Source: a virus
Taxonomy: Duplodnaviria; Heunggongvirae; Uroviricota; Caudoviricetes
Direction: 5' to 3' (one strand)
IMG/VR virus record: IMGVR_UViG_3300030339_000005
DNA: 50,445 nucleotides
Within the stretch, counting starts at the first letter, position 1. Each line of letters begins with the position of its first letter. The position numbers were made by a program, and so were the translations under genes. Of this stretch, positions 1 through 8,450 are shown in pieces. Below the pieces are notes generated by a model. It ran no database searches and was not told the DNA's origin. It saw only the letters and a list, made by a program, of their open reading frames with translations.

Positions 1-115
1 GAACACATGCAGCAAATCCAAACCCAAAATTTAAATTTGTAAATTAAAACGAGATCTTAGTAACGCAAGATCGCTCTATGGCCGAGGCACAAGTGTGGAA
101 TTTCGGAGTGTTCTG
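1..115 (+). ncRNA. Candidate structured RNA, TACAGCAA-stem family copy 1 (5' edge at window start)
   Basis: GAACAC(1-6)/GTGTTC(108-113) stem, followed by ATGCAGCAAATCCAAAC; same layout as 3481 and 3538 copies. Confidence 0.5.
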
Positions 116-511
116 TTTATTTTTTTTACCTTAAATCATTTTTATATGATGACAGCTATTTTCTTTGGCATTGCCTTTGGTTTCCTTGCCTATGAGTTTT
201 ATAAACTCTTTCATCTAAAGACAATTATTTATTTAAATCAAGGAATTAAGAGTGTGGCTAATGAGTTGCCGGACAAAGATAATTATAAAGAAGATATGAA
301 GAGTATAAGGAGCCTTGCTCTTATTAACTTTTACTATTGGATTTGGTTACTTCTTGGTCTTATTACAAGCCAGGCTATATTATTTGGCCCTTTAATCATT
401 TTTGAACTCTTTCATAAGGGAAAGAAGGTTACTTTATTTCTTGATGGAGTCTTTTCTATTTTGGCAATTACTTTTATTTTACTGAATCACTTTTACTTAC
501 ACTTATTTTGA
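95..511 (+). CDS. Hypothetical membrane protein (true start probably near 145)
   Basis: ORF with several hydrophobic segments; ends TGA. Confidence 0.6.
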   Translation: MEFRSVLFIFFTLNHFYMMTAIFFGIAFGFLAYEFYKLFHLKTIIYLNQGIKSVANELPDKDNYKEDMKSIRSLALINFYYWIWLLLGLITSQAILFGPLIIFELFHKGKKVTLFLDGVFSILAITFILLNHFYLHLF

Positions 512-515
512 AAAC

Positions 516-863
516 ATGGCTACTGTAACTGTTAATGGTCAATCCTATTCAGGTAAAAATATTACAGTTAACGGCAACACAGTTGTTGTTGATGGTGTTA
601 CTGCTTCTGTTACTACACGTGTTCTTAAGATTGAAATTGTTGGAGACATTGAGTCTCTATCATGTGAGTCTTGCGACTCTCTTCATATTAAAGGAAACGT
701 GAAACAACTCTCAACTATGTCAGGGGATGTAGATATTGAGGGTGATGTTATATCTGTAACTACAGCATCAGGAGATGTTACCTGTAAAAACATAAATGGT
801 CCTGTTAAGACTATATCTGGCGATATTACATGTCGCAATATGACAGGAGACATGCATTTGTAA
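516..863 (+). CDS. Beta-strand repeat protein (DUF4097-like)
   Basis: Repeated T-x-SGDV/I units. Confidence 0.7.
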   Translation: MATVTVNGQSYSGKNITVNGNTVVVDGVTASVTTRVLKIEIVGDIESLSCESCDSLHIKGNVKQLSTMSGDVDIEGDVISVTTASGDVTCKNINGPVKTISGDITCRNMTGDMHL

Positions 864-905
864 TTTCTTTTTCTAAACATAAGTTTTACTTAAAAGTTTT
901 TCAAA

Positions 906-1277
906 ATGGCTGAACCCACACTAGAACAACTGCAAAGCGGTTCGTTCTACACCTCTGTTATCAGAGGTAACAAACAAATCAAAGCTGACAGAGGTCAACA
1001 ACTTCTGGAAGATGGTGAGATGTCCTTCCGTCGTAAGATCGAAGACAAAGGTCGCGAGGTTACACGACTCAAACGCACTCTTGTCAACATGCTGGATTTA
1101 TCTCCAGAAAACATGATGACTCTCAAAATGGCAGATGACTTCAATCCTGATGAATTTGCTAACCGGTATTGTTCTATTTCTGTAGACGTCAGAAATGAGG
1201 TTCTTAAGCTCAATGAGTACAAGAAAGCTTACAATCGTCTATATGGCGGCACTTACGAAATGGAGGCCGTTGACTAA
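906..1277 (+). CDS. Hypothetical protein
   Basis: ORF, TAATG-coupled to the VWA gene. Confidence 0.7.
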   Translation: MAEPTLEQLQSGSFYTSVIRGNKQIKADRGQQLLEDGEMSFRRKIEDKGREVTRLKRTLVNMLDLSPENMMTLKMADDFNPDEFANRYCSISVDVRNEVLKLNEYKKAYNRLYGGTYEMEAVD

Positions 1278-2170
1278 TGGGCCACGGTTCGTATTCTACC
1301 GAATCCAGGTCTTTAAGATCTGAAGCATTGGGTTATCAAACCAAATCTGCAAACGAAATTTTCTCGAACAAATTTGATCCTTTGATGAATCCCAATGGTG
1401 TTGGCATTCGTGAGTCTCGCGACTCCGAAGACCATCCAAATTCTGTTCCAATTATATTTGCTTTAGATGTTACCGGTTCTATGGGTATGATTCCTCATCA
1501 CTTAGTGAAAGAGGGATTGCCTGTTATGATGTCCGGCATTATTGAAGCAGGTGTTTTGGATCCTCAAGTAATGTTTTTAGGAATAGGTGATCATGAATGT
1601 GATTATGCCCCACTGCAGATCTCACAATTTGAATCCAATGACGAGTTACTCGACAAATGGTTAACCAAAGTGTGGATCGAGAGAGGGGGCGGTACTAATG
1701 AAGGCGAAAGCTATTCGTTGGCTCACTACTTTGCAGCATTCCACACGTCTTTGGACTGTTTTGAAAAGCGTGGTAAAAAGGGATTTCTCTTCACAGTTGG
1801 TGATGAACCAACTCTGCGGAATTATCCAGCTCGCAAACTGAGCGCTATCACTGGAAATGGTCAAGAACAAACGTATTCTGATGCCGAACTTTTAGCGGAA
1901 GCTCAAAAGAAGTACCATGTCTATCATTTACATATGAGACAAGGTGCTAATGGTCGTCATCAGCCTACTATGGATGGCTGGAAACAATTGTTGGGAAGTA
2001 ATCTTATTCTTGTCGATGACAAAACTAAGATTCCCGCAATTATTGCACAAATCGTTTCATCGGTTGAGGCTCAATCTGTTAATCAGGGGATTGAAGCTTA
2101 TAACAACCGCCCACAACCTGTACTTGAGCCAGAGGGCCCAAGACCCACTTCATCAGACATGATGCTTTAA
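1277..2170 (+). CDS. VWA-domain protein
   Basis: MIDAS-like DVTGSMG, GGGTNEGESY, FTVGDE. Confidence 0.85.
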   Translation: MGHGSYSTESRSLRSEALGYQTKSANEIFSNKFDPLMNPNGVGIRESRDSEDHPNSVPIIFALDVTGSMGMIPHHLVKEGLPVMMSGIIEAGVLDPQVMFLGIGDHECDYAPLQISQFESNDELLDKWLTKVWIERGGGTNEGESYSLAHYFAAFHTSLDCFEKRGKKGFLFTVGDEPTLRNYPARKLSAITGNGQEQTYSDAELLAEAQKKYHVYHLHMRQGANGRHQPTMDGWKQLLGSNLILVDDKTKIPAIIAQIVSSVEAQSVNQGIEAYNNRPQPVLEPEGPRPTSSDMML

Positions 2171-2211
2171 TTTTTCTAATCATATTGTTAACCCCCTAAA
2201 AGATTACAACT

Positions 2212-2364
2212 ATGGGAATGGATCAAGGCACTTATAGTGCAAAGACATGGGAACAGGTTGCTGAAAACTTGGAAACCAAGCCATCAGCTGAAACCGATCT
2301 TCCTATCGCAACAGCTGAAGCTGCTGCACCTGCTGAAGAAGTTGAGCCGACAGTTACTGAATAG
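2212..2364 (+). CDS. Small acidic protein (50 aa, not in ORF track)
   Basis: ATG 2212 to TAG 2364: MGMDQGTYSAKTW...; fills the gap between VWA and PurA-like genes. Confidence 0.6.
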   Translation: MGMDQGTYSAKTWEQVAENLETKPSAETDLPIATAEAAAPAEEVEPTVTE

Positions 2365-2369
2365 TCTTA

Positions 2370-3470
2370 ATGGCTAACAAAGCTGTCATAGGCTTAGGCT
2401 TTGGAGATGAGGGCAAAGGATTAGTGACAAACTACCTTTGCCTTCAGAATCCAAAAGCTTTGGTTGTCAGATATTCTGGTGGCCAACAAGCCGGACATAC
2501 CGTTATCAAGGATGATATACGGCATGTATTTTCAAATTTTGGGTCTGGCACTCTAAACGGAAATCCTACCTATTGGTCGGAATTCTGCACTGTCGATCCA
2601 ATTGGAGTTTATCAAGAACTCCAAGTACTTCTATCGAAGGGCATTAAACCCCTTCTTTACATTGATGCAATGTGTCCAGTGACTACACCTATGGAGAAAC
2701 GCTTGAATCAAACTTTAGATATGGAGCACGGTACTTGCGGCTGTGGTGTGTGGAGAACACACCTCCGTGAACGAAATGGTGCTTCAATATTATTTGAAGA
2801 TTTAGCTTTTCCAAGCGTTCTGGATATGAAACTCAAAGCGTTGAGCTCTACATACCCACCTGGAGTGTATGATGAACAAGAAATTTCTATATTTAAGTAT
2901 TGCTGTAATATGCTACTTCAATCTAGTCATGTTCAAGGCATCTTTGGGATTCCTGAAGCAGAGGAGTACATCTTTGAAAGTTCGCAAGGACTTCTCTTAG
3001 ATCCTGCTTTTGGTTTTTACCCGCACGTGACAGCATCATCCGTTGGCTCAGCCAACATCCTGAAATTTCCAATTGAAGTTCCTGAGTTTTATTTAGTTAC
3101 AAGAGCCTACCAAACACGACATGGTAATGGCCCTATGACTAATGCTCAATTTCCGCTTAATATCACGCCTAACCCGGTAGAGACAAATGTATTTAACCAG
3201 TATCAGTTAGATTTTCGCACATCAGTGCTTGATCTCGAACTTTTGATGTATGGTGCCTCCAAGGATTTTGCCATTAGTACAAGCCCTGAAAATACTTTAG
3301 TAATTACGTGTCTGGACCAAATGAATTCTTTCTCTCTTAGTGATGATAACAAGGTTATCCACTTTGACAATGAAGAAAGCTTTGTTAATCACATCGCTAA
3401 TCAAATGGTTACTCCTCACGTCTTACTGAGTCACAGCCCCCGGTCAGAGTGTATTACTCACTTCAAATAA
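2370..3470 (+). CDS. purA: Adenylosuccinate synthetase-like protein (divergent substrate loop)
   Basis: GFGDEGKG, GGQQAGHTV, FESSQGLLLD, YPHVT, RAYQTRHGNGP motifs. Confidence 0.8.
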   Translation: MANKAVIGLGFGDEGKGLVTNYLCLQNPKALVVRYSGGQQAGHTVIKDDIRHVFSNFGSGTLNGNPTYWSEFCTVDPIGVYQELQVLLSKGIKPLLYIDAMCPVTTPMEKRLNQTLDMEHGTCGCGVWRTHLRERNGASILFEDLAFPSVLDMKLKALSSTYPPGVYDEQEISIFKYCCNMLLQSSHVQGIFGIPEAEEYIFESSQGLLLDPAFGFYPHVTASSVGSANILKFPIEVPEFYLVTRAYQTRHGNGPMTNAQFPLNITPNPVETNVFNQYQLDFRTSVLDLELLMYGASKDFAISTSPENTLVITCLDQMNSFSLSDDNKVIHFDNEESFVNHIANQMVTPHVLLSHSPRSECITHFK

Positions 3471-3480
3471 AATTTCTTTA

Positions 3481-3534
3481 AGAATACATACAGCAACTCA
3501 AACTCTATATGGTTTAGAAAACAAACGTATTCTG
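3481..3534 (+). ncRNA. Candidate structured RNA, TACAGCAA-stem family copy 2
   Basis: AGAATAC/GTATTCT stem followed by ATACAGCAACTCAAAC. Confidence 0.55.
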
Positions 3535-3537
3535 ATA

Positions 3538-3599
3538 AGGTCAATTACAGCAAATCAAACTGAAAAACAATGAAAAGGTTTCAACCAAACATTGACCTG
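3538..3599 (+). ncRNA. Candidate structured RNA, TACAGCAA-stem family copy 3
   Basis: AGGTCAAT/ATTGACCT stem followed by TACAGCAAATCAAAC. Confidence 0.55.
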
Positions 3600-3620
3600 C
3601 AATTCTTTATAATTATTAAC

Positions 3621-3902
3621 ATGAACATGGCACGAACTCATAATCATGAGGTAGATCGAGGCAACTATTATTGGTCTACACAAAATGGGAAGTCTTATTT
3701 GGTAAAGGATTTATCTGACACACATTTGATAAATATTATTAAATATGTTAAACAGAAAAATGATCCTAAAATGAAAGAATTAGTTGAATTCTTACAGACT
3801 GAACAAGTCTATAGAGGAAACAATGAGATCTCGATTCTAGATTATCCTATGACGGGTACGCCACAAGCCTATACTTTTCAAACATGCAAAAAACGGCGTT
3901 AA
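3621..3902 (+). CDS. Hypothetical phage protein
   Basis: ORF with W.T..G....VKDLSDTHLINII pattern; start moved downstream of the RNA motif. Confidence 0.6.
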   Translation: MNMARTHNHEVDRGNYYWSTQNGKSYLVKDLSDTHLINIIKYVKQKNDPKMKELVEFLQTEQVYRGNNEISILDYPMTGTPQAYTFQTCKKRR

Positions 3903-4936
3903 CCTATGATGATATTCAATTAGTCCCTGAATACTCATCCGTAAAACACAGAAAAGATATTCGACTCTGGACAAAAGTATCTCGGAACTTTACTATAGGA
4001 ATTCCTTTAGTAGCTTCTCCTATGAGTACTGTTTGTGGAAAAGAAATGGCCTATGCATTTGCTCATGCAGGTGGTGTAGGCTGTATTCATAGATTTTCTT
4101 CAATTGAAGAAGAGGCTAAATCTGTTAAAGACTTGATCTATAGCCTTAAAGTAAGTTCTTGGGCCCCTTTCACTGAGAAGACTCCAATTATGGCCGCTAT
4201 TGGAGCCAATGGTGATTATCTTGAGTGTGCTCAAGAATTAATTAAAGCTGGAGCTAATATCCTTCTTATGGATGTGGCTCATGGTCATCATGAAAATGTG
4301 AAGCTTGCTATAGAAGAATTACGGAAACTTTCTGGTAAATTTGACATTATTGCTGGAAATATTGCAACAAGACGTGCTGCCCAAGACTTATGTGAATGGG
4401 GAGTTGATGGTCTGCGAGTTGGTATTGGTGGTGGTTCTTTATGTACTACTCGAATTAAAACTGGCTTTGGTATTCCCAACGTAACTTCTCTTGAAGATGT
4501 CTTGTCATTTGCTCGTGATTCTTGTAGTCCTCAAATACCTGTTATGGCTGATGGCGGAATTCGTTCATCAGGTGATATTGCTAAAGCACTTGCTTTAGGA
4601 GCTTCTACAGTAATGTTAGGCTCTTTAATTGCAGGATGTGAAGAAGCGCCTGGAAATTTGTACACCAATGAAAAGGGTGTATTGTGTAAACGATATAGTG
4701 GCTCTGCCTCTATGGAAACAAAAGGTGCTAGTGGATTACCTCTTCGTAATATTGAAGGTGTATCTAAAGGCATTCCTTACAAAGGTTTTGTTCACCACAT
4801 TCTTGAGGATTTAGTTGATGGTATTAAATCAGCATTGTCATATGGTGGAGCTGAGAATCTGGAACAATTTCATCCAGATTATGTGGTTATTACAAACGCA
4901 GGTATGGCAGAAGCCCAACCTCATTTACTTGGCTAA
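3884..4936 (+). CDS. guaC: GMP reductase (IMPDH/GMPR family, no CBS domain)
   Basis: [28 protein letters not shown]; flap GSAS..KG...NIEG resembles Bacillus-type GuaC rather than IMPDH. Confidence 0.75.
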   Translation: MQKTALTYDDIQLVPEYSSVKHRKDIRLWTKVSRNFTIGIPLVASPMSTVCGKEMAYAFAHAGGVGCIHRFSSIEEEAKSVKDLIYSLKVSSWAPFTEKTPIMAAIGANGDYLECAQELIKAGANILLMDVAHGHHENVKLAIEELRKLSGKFDIIAGNIATRRAAQDLCEWGVDGLRVGIGGGSLCTTRIKTGFGIPNVTSLEDVLSFARDSCSPQIPVMADGGIRSSGDIAKALALGASTVMLGSLIAGCEEAPGNLYTNEKGVLCKRYSGSASMETKGASGLPLRNIEGVSKGIPYKGFVHHILEDLVDGIKSALSYGGAENLEQFHPDYVVITNAGMAEAQPHLLG

Positions 4937-4937
4937 C

Positions 4938-5129
4938 ATGAAAACAAATTCAGGTAATCCAATATGTCCACATGACTTGCAAGACTGTAACCATTTTGAT
5001 ATAGATGGTCATCTGGATTGTAAAGCATGTCCACGATACGCAGATGGCGTACGAGCTACTGGCGCAATGCCAGGAGCAGAACTTACTTATAACTTTTTTA
5101 AAGGCCTTTGGTACAAGATTTTCAAATGA
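4938..5129 (+). CDS. Small Cys-rich protein
   Basis: CPHD..DC...C..CP; ATGA overlap with next gene. Confidence 0.55.
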   Translation: MKTNSGNPICPHDLQDCNHFDIDGHLDCKACPRYADGVRATGAMPGAELTYNFFKGLWYKIFK

Positions 5130-5506
5130 ATGCAACAATTACAGAACATCAACTCATTGCAAGCTTAATTAAACACCCTAGGAATGATTTTGAAACAGGA
5201 TTTAATAGTGCTTTGATTTCTTTACTTCAACAACTTAACGGAATTGCTCCCGAAGTTAATGAAACTAATAATCAAAGTCCTCAGTTAAATCGTTTAGATC
5301 AGATACTAAGGGACTCTCTTACAGAGAGTGAATTCAATTCTCTTTATGCACAGAAAAGGGAAGAAATTTATTCTCTAGTTCAAAGCGGTGCAAAACTTGC
5401 CGCAGTTAAAACTTTAAAAGGGTATACTGGTATAGGATTAAAAGAAGCAAAAGATATTTGCGATTTAGTACAAGAGGAATTAAGTCGCAATGGAGATATC
5501 TTCTAA
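5126..5506 (+). CDS. Protein with C-terminal ribosomal bL12 (L7/L12) CTD-like domain
   Basis: KLAAVKTLKGYTGIGLKEAKDICD matches the bL12 CTD signature. Confidence 0.75.
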   Translation: MNATITEHQLIASLIKHPRNDFETGFNSALISLLQQLNGIAPEVNETNNQSPQLNRLDQILRDSLTESEFNSLYAQKREEIYSLVQSGAKLAAVKTLKGYTGIGLKEAKDICDLVQEELSRNGDIF

Positions 5507-5539
5507 GATAAGAAATTATCAACTTACAACAATTTTACA

Positions 5540-5794
5540 ATGAGTGATAAGCAATTGGCTATACTCAAAAAATATTTATCAGATGAAGATATTAAGGATA
5601 TTGAGGGGAAAGGGCCACAAGCTGTTTCCAACTTTGTAAACTTAATCATTCAGCTGAAGCAGCCTAACCGTTGGAATAACTGGATAGGTGAGAGATTAGA
5701 AGATGATGATAGACCCGAAGTAATTGATTATGGAACACTAATCGCTTTGGATATCTATGATATCTTCACCTTTATTCAGTTTATAGCTGAGTAA
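5540..5794 (+). CDS. Hypothetical protein
   Basis: ORF with A-rich start context. Confidence 0.55.
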   Translation: MSDKQLAILKKYLSDEDIKDIEGKGPQAVSNFVNLIIQLKQPNRWNNWIGERLEDDDRPEVIDYGTLIALDIYDIFTFIQFIAE

Positions 5795-6342
5795 AGGATC
5801 TACGGGGGTGTTTGGTTTTGACAGCATTGAGTAGGGTAGCAGAACACACTAGGAGGAGTCCAAAATACTCAAAACAACAAACGACAACAGAAATGTTATC
5901 AACTTCGTACCACGTGCATCTGTACGTGCATACAACCAAATGGCTGCGTAACAAAACGAACGGAGTCGGTCTTAGACTTTGTTAAAGAAATTAAGACAGT
6001 AGTTCTCGGACTTAAACCGAGTGGTGGAAGATGGCGGAGAAATTCGTTCCCATGTTTTGTTAGTTTTCTCAAAACTAAACAGAGAAAGTACTGCAAAGAC
6101 TAAGTGTGTATATTTTGTTATTTTTCCTTTGTATGGACGGCGGTTTAAGATTTGGACCCCTTATGCAGTAATGTATATTGAAAATTGGATGAATTCAGGG
6201 AACACTAAACGAAGCAATTCGCATGTCAATCCTGAGCTAAGCAGAGAATACATTCTCTGAAAGTGCAACGACTACCTGAGAGATATAGTTCTCTTAATAA
6301 CAGGAATAAGCGTCCGACATCCCTAAGGGATGATGATATAGT

Positions 6343-6909
6343 CTAATCTTCTAGGAAACTAGAAGTGAAAGTTGAGATTTGATTTAGAAACTCTTTAGTT
6401 TCTATATCTGACATCTCTTGTTTCATTAAGTTAATTGGAGTAGATACAAATTGTATGTTATCAATAATATAACCTTTGCTAGAGTCAATTCTATCTAAGG
6501 AAGCTCTTTGAGTTATATGAATAATATTTAAATTGTTATCTTCCGGCAAAATTAAAGTAATTCCAGAATATGGACAAATGCCATTTTGTTTCTCCCAAAC
6601 TTCTTTTAAAACATCTAAAGTAATATTAATTTCTTTGTCCCTCCTTTTAACACATCTTAAAGTATATCTAAAAGAACTGAATTCATCTCTTCTATTTGGA
6701 CGTATTTTATCTAAGTGTTCTTTTTGAGAATCTGACAATGTTTTTGATGCTCTATGTGAATTATTATAAGAAGTTGCACAACTTCGTGAACAAAAACACT
6801 TTCTATCTAACTCTTTATTTCTTTTCAATTCAGACGCAGGTTTTTCTGCTTCTTTTCCACAGCAATCACAAATAAATGTTGCTGATTTTCTTCCATCATT
6901 TTGTTTCAT
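6343..6909 (-). CDS. Intron-encoded HNH-type homing endonuclease, antisense to the intron
   Basis: CDCC..FCSRSC zinc motif, W..Q.G.CPYSG, ASLDRIDSSKGY..DNIQFV...N..K. Confidence 0.85.
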   Translation of the reverse strand: MKQNDGRKSATFICDCCGKEAEKPASELKRNKELDRKCFCSRSCATSYNNSHRASKTLSDSQKEHLDKIRPNRRDEFSSFRYTLRCVKRRDKEINITLDVLKEVWEKQNGICPYSGITLILPEDNNLNIIHITQRASLDRIDSSKGYIIDNIQFVSTPINLMKQEMSDIETKEFLNQISTFTSSFLED

Positions 6910-6934
6910 AGTAATATTTATTAATTAATAATTA

Positions 6935-6942
6935 CAAAGATA
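6935..6942 (-). promoter_or_regulatory. Bacteroidota-type -7 promoter box for the antisense HNH gene
   Basis: Reverse complement TATCTTTG (TAnnTTTG) about 25 nt upstream of ATG 6909. Confidence 0.65.
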
Positions 6943-7034
6943 CAATAATATTTTGGAATAAATTGGATATGAAAAGTTAAAAGAAGTTAAAATGCGAATC
7001 CGCCCACCTCCACAATTAACTAATTCTATTATTT

Positions 7035-7505
7035 ATGGCAGCAAGATCCTACAAAATTCCGGAACCACCGGCAGGTTATGAAGTTGATGAAGAGAACTCT
7101 ACATTCTTTGAAATTAAGTATAAATTAAGCAATACAATGCCTAAAAATTACGCTTCATTATTTGACCTTACTGGCTATTATCTTAATTCTGACAGTGAAG
7201 TTAAAGGCCCAGTTACTTATACAGTTAGCTCAGCTCGTAGAAATATCTTTCCTGAACGAGAGGATTGTGATGCTGTATTAGCTTTAGCTCAATTAATGCA
7301 ATTACGAGATGTTTATAATCAAGGTTGGGTTCCTGATTGGAATGACAATATTGAGAAGTTTGCAATTTGTAATGAATGTAATGAGATTAAGCCTATTACT
7401 ACTGTTTGTCATAACAAGATTTTGACTTTTCAAACTCCTGAAATTAGAGCCGTATTTATGGACAATTTCATGGGTTATTTATGTATTGCTAAACGATTAC
7501 TTTAA
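7035..7505 (+). CDS. Hypothetical phage protein
   Basis: ORF with ALAQL.QLRD.Y..GW.PDW pattern. Confidence 0.65.
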   Translation: MAARSYKIPEPPAGYEVDEENSTFFEIKYKLSNTMPKNYASLFDLTGYYLNSDSEVKGPVTYTVSSARRNIFPEREDCDAVLALAQLMQLRDVYNQGWVPDWNDNIEKFAICNECNEIKPITTVCHNKILTFQTPEIRAVFMDNFMGYLCIAKRLL

Positions 7506-7515
7506 AAAATTAAAC

Positions 7516-8010
7516 ATGAAGAATTATCAAATTGAAGGCAAGGATGGGAAACTTTATTGGATCCATCGTGCTACCTCAGTTTCAGTCTTTCTGTTTGCAA
7601 TAATTGAGGACAAAATGCATGTCTTAGTTGCAAAGAGAGGTTCTGGGGCTTCCGATCATCAAGGTCTGTGGAATTGTCCTTGTGGCTACTTAGATTTCGA
7701 TGAAACTCTCGATCAGTGTGCAGCAAGAGAACTACGTGAAGAAACAACATTTGTTTTGGAACCTGAAGATCTTATGCCATTTGATGTTACTGATGATCCT
7801 GCCAATTTCAAACAAAATATTAGTCACAAGTTTTGTGCATTTTTGGATGAAGGTGTAGATCTAACTGTAGCCCCAGGTACTGAAGGAGAGCCTAATGAGG
7901 TTGAAGAAGTAAAGTGGATTCCAATTGAAGATGTCAACCAATATGAGTGGGCATTTAACCACGATGAATTTATTGGAAGATTATACGCAATTATGCAAAG
8001 ATTATTTTAA
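7516..8010 (+). CDS. NUDIX hydrolase
   Basis: Nudix box CGYLDFDET...AARELREET. Confidence 0.9.
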   Translation: MKNYQIEGKDGKLYWIHRATSVSVFLFAIIEDKMHVLVAKRGSGASDHQGLWNCPCGYLDFDETLDQCAARELREETTFVLEPEDLMPFDVTDDPANFKQNISHKFCAFLDEGVDLTVAPGTEGEPNEVEEVKWIPIEDVNQYEWAFNHDEFIGRLYAIMQRLF

Positions 8011-8450
8011 TGCATTGGAAATCATTCTGGCATCGGCCTATACAGTATTCGCAGGTGTATATCCGTAAGTCCTCGGAGAAACAATTAAGGACAGAAGTAA
8101 GCTCTTATGAAAAGAAGGCGCTTGTATTGTGTCGTCGATATATTCGTGATGAAAACACAAGACTTTCAATTTGTCCTAAGACGTGGAAACGTTTTGGAGT
8201 AAGTGAGAGTCCCAAGTTTAGATTCATTATTAAAATGGACGAACGCGGGTTTTCTATTGACTTATTTGGTAAAGAGGTAAGAAATATACCAATTTCTGAA
8301 CATAGTTATATGAAACTTTTAAAAGTTTTTGATGCTCACGCATCTCAGCAGAGAGAAGAATTGGAGGCCATGATACGTGGTTCCGCTATTGATTCATTTG
8401 ATTCTATGTACAATGAATACTTTAAAGAATATGAGAGTTTTGATATTTGA
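8010..8450 (+). CDS. Hypothetical protein
   Basis: Coupled ORF, ends TGA. Confidence 0.6.
   Translation: MHWKSFWHRPIQYSQVYIRKSSEKQLRTEVSSYEKKALVLCRRYIRDENTRLSICPKTWKRFGVSESPKFRFIIKMDERGFSIDLFGKEVRNIPISEHSYMKLLKVFDAHASQQREELEAMIRGSAIDSFDSMYNEYFKEYESFDI

Larger units (their letters stand above)
6146..6994 (+). mobile_element. Group I intron in tmRNA T-loop
   Basis: P1 GGTT/GACC with U.G at splice site; R-like GCAACGACTAC, S-like GATGATATAGTC; terminal G6994; splicing restores TTCGAAT loop. Confidence 0.9.
5804..7012 (+). ncRNA. ssrA: tmRNA; exons 5804-6145 and 6995-7012, interrupted in the T-loop by a group I intron
   Basis: 5' GGGGGTGTTTGGTTTTGACAGC; 3' GGCGGTT|CGAATCCGCC-CACCTCCA; G3.U70 pair; tag frame 5883-5951 DNRNVINFVPRASVRAYNQMAA*. 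Confidence 0.93.

Noticed and set aside
2370-3470. PurZ / 2-aminoadenine (Z-genome) pathway
   Set aside because: The catalytic Asp of GDEGKG is retained (PurZ has Ser there), and no clear dATPase partner is adjacent.
3884-4936. IMP dehydrogenase (guaB)
   Set aside because: Lacks the YRGMGS...RY flap; GSAS..KG..N.EG fits GMP reductase better.
5899-6260. ORFs 5899..6096(-) and 6021..6260(+)
   Set aside because: They overlap tmRNA and intron core and have no protein features.
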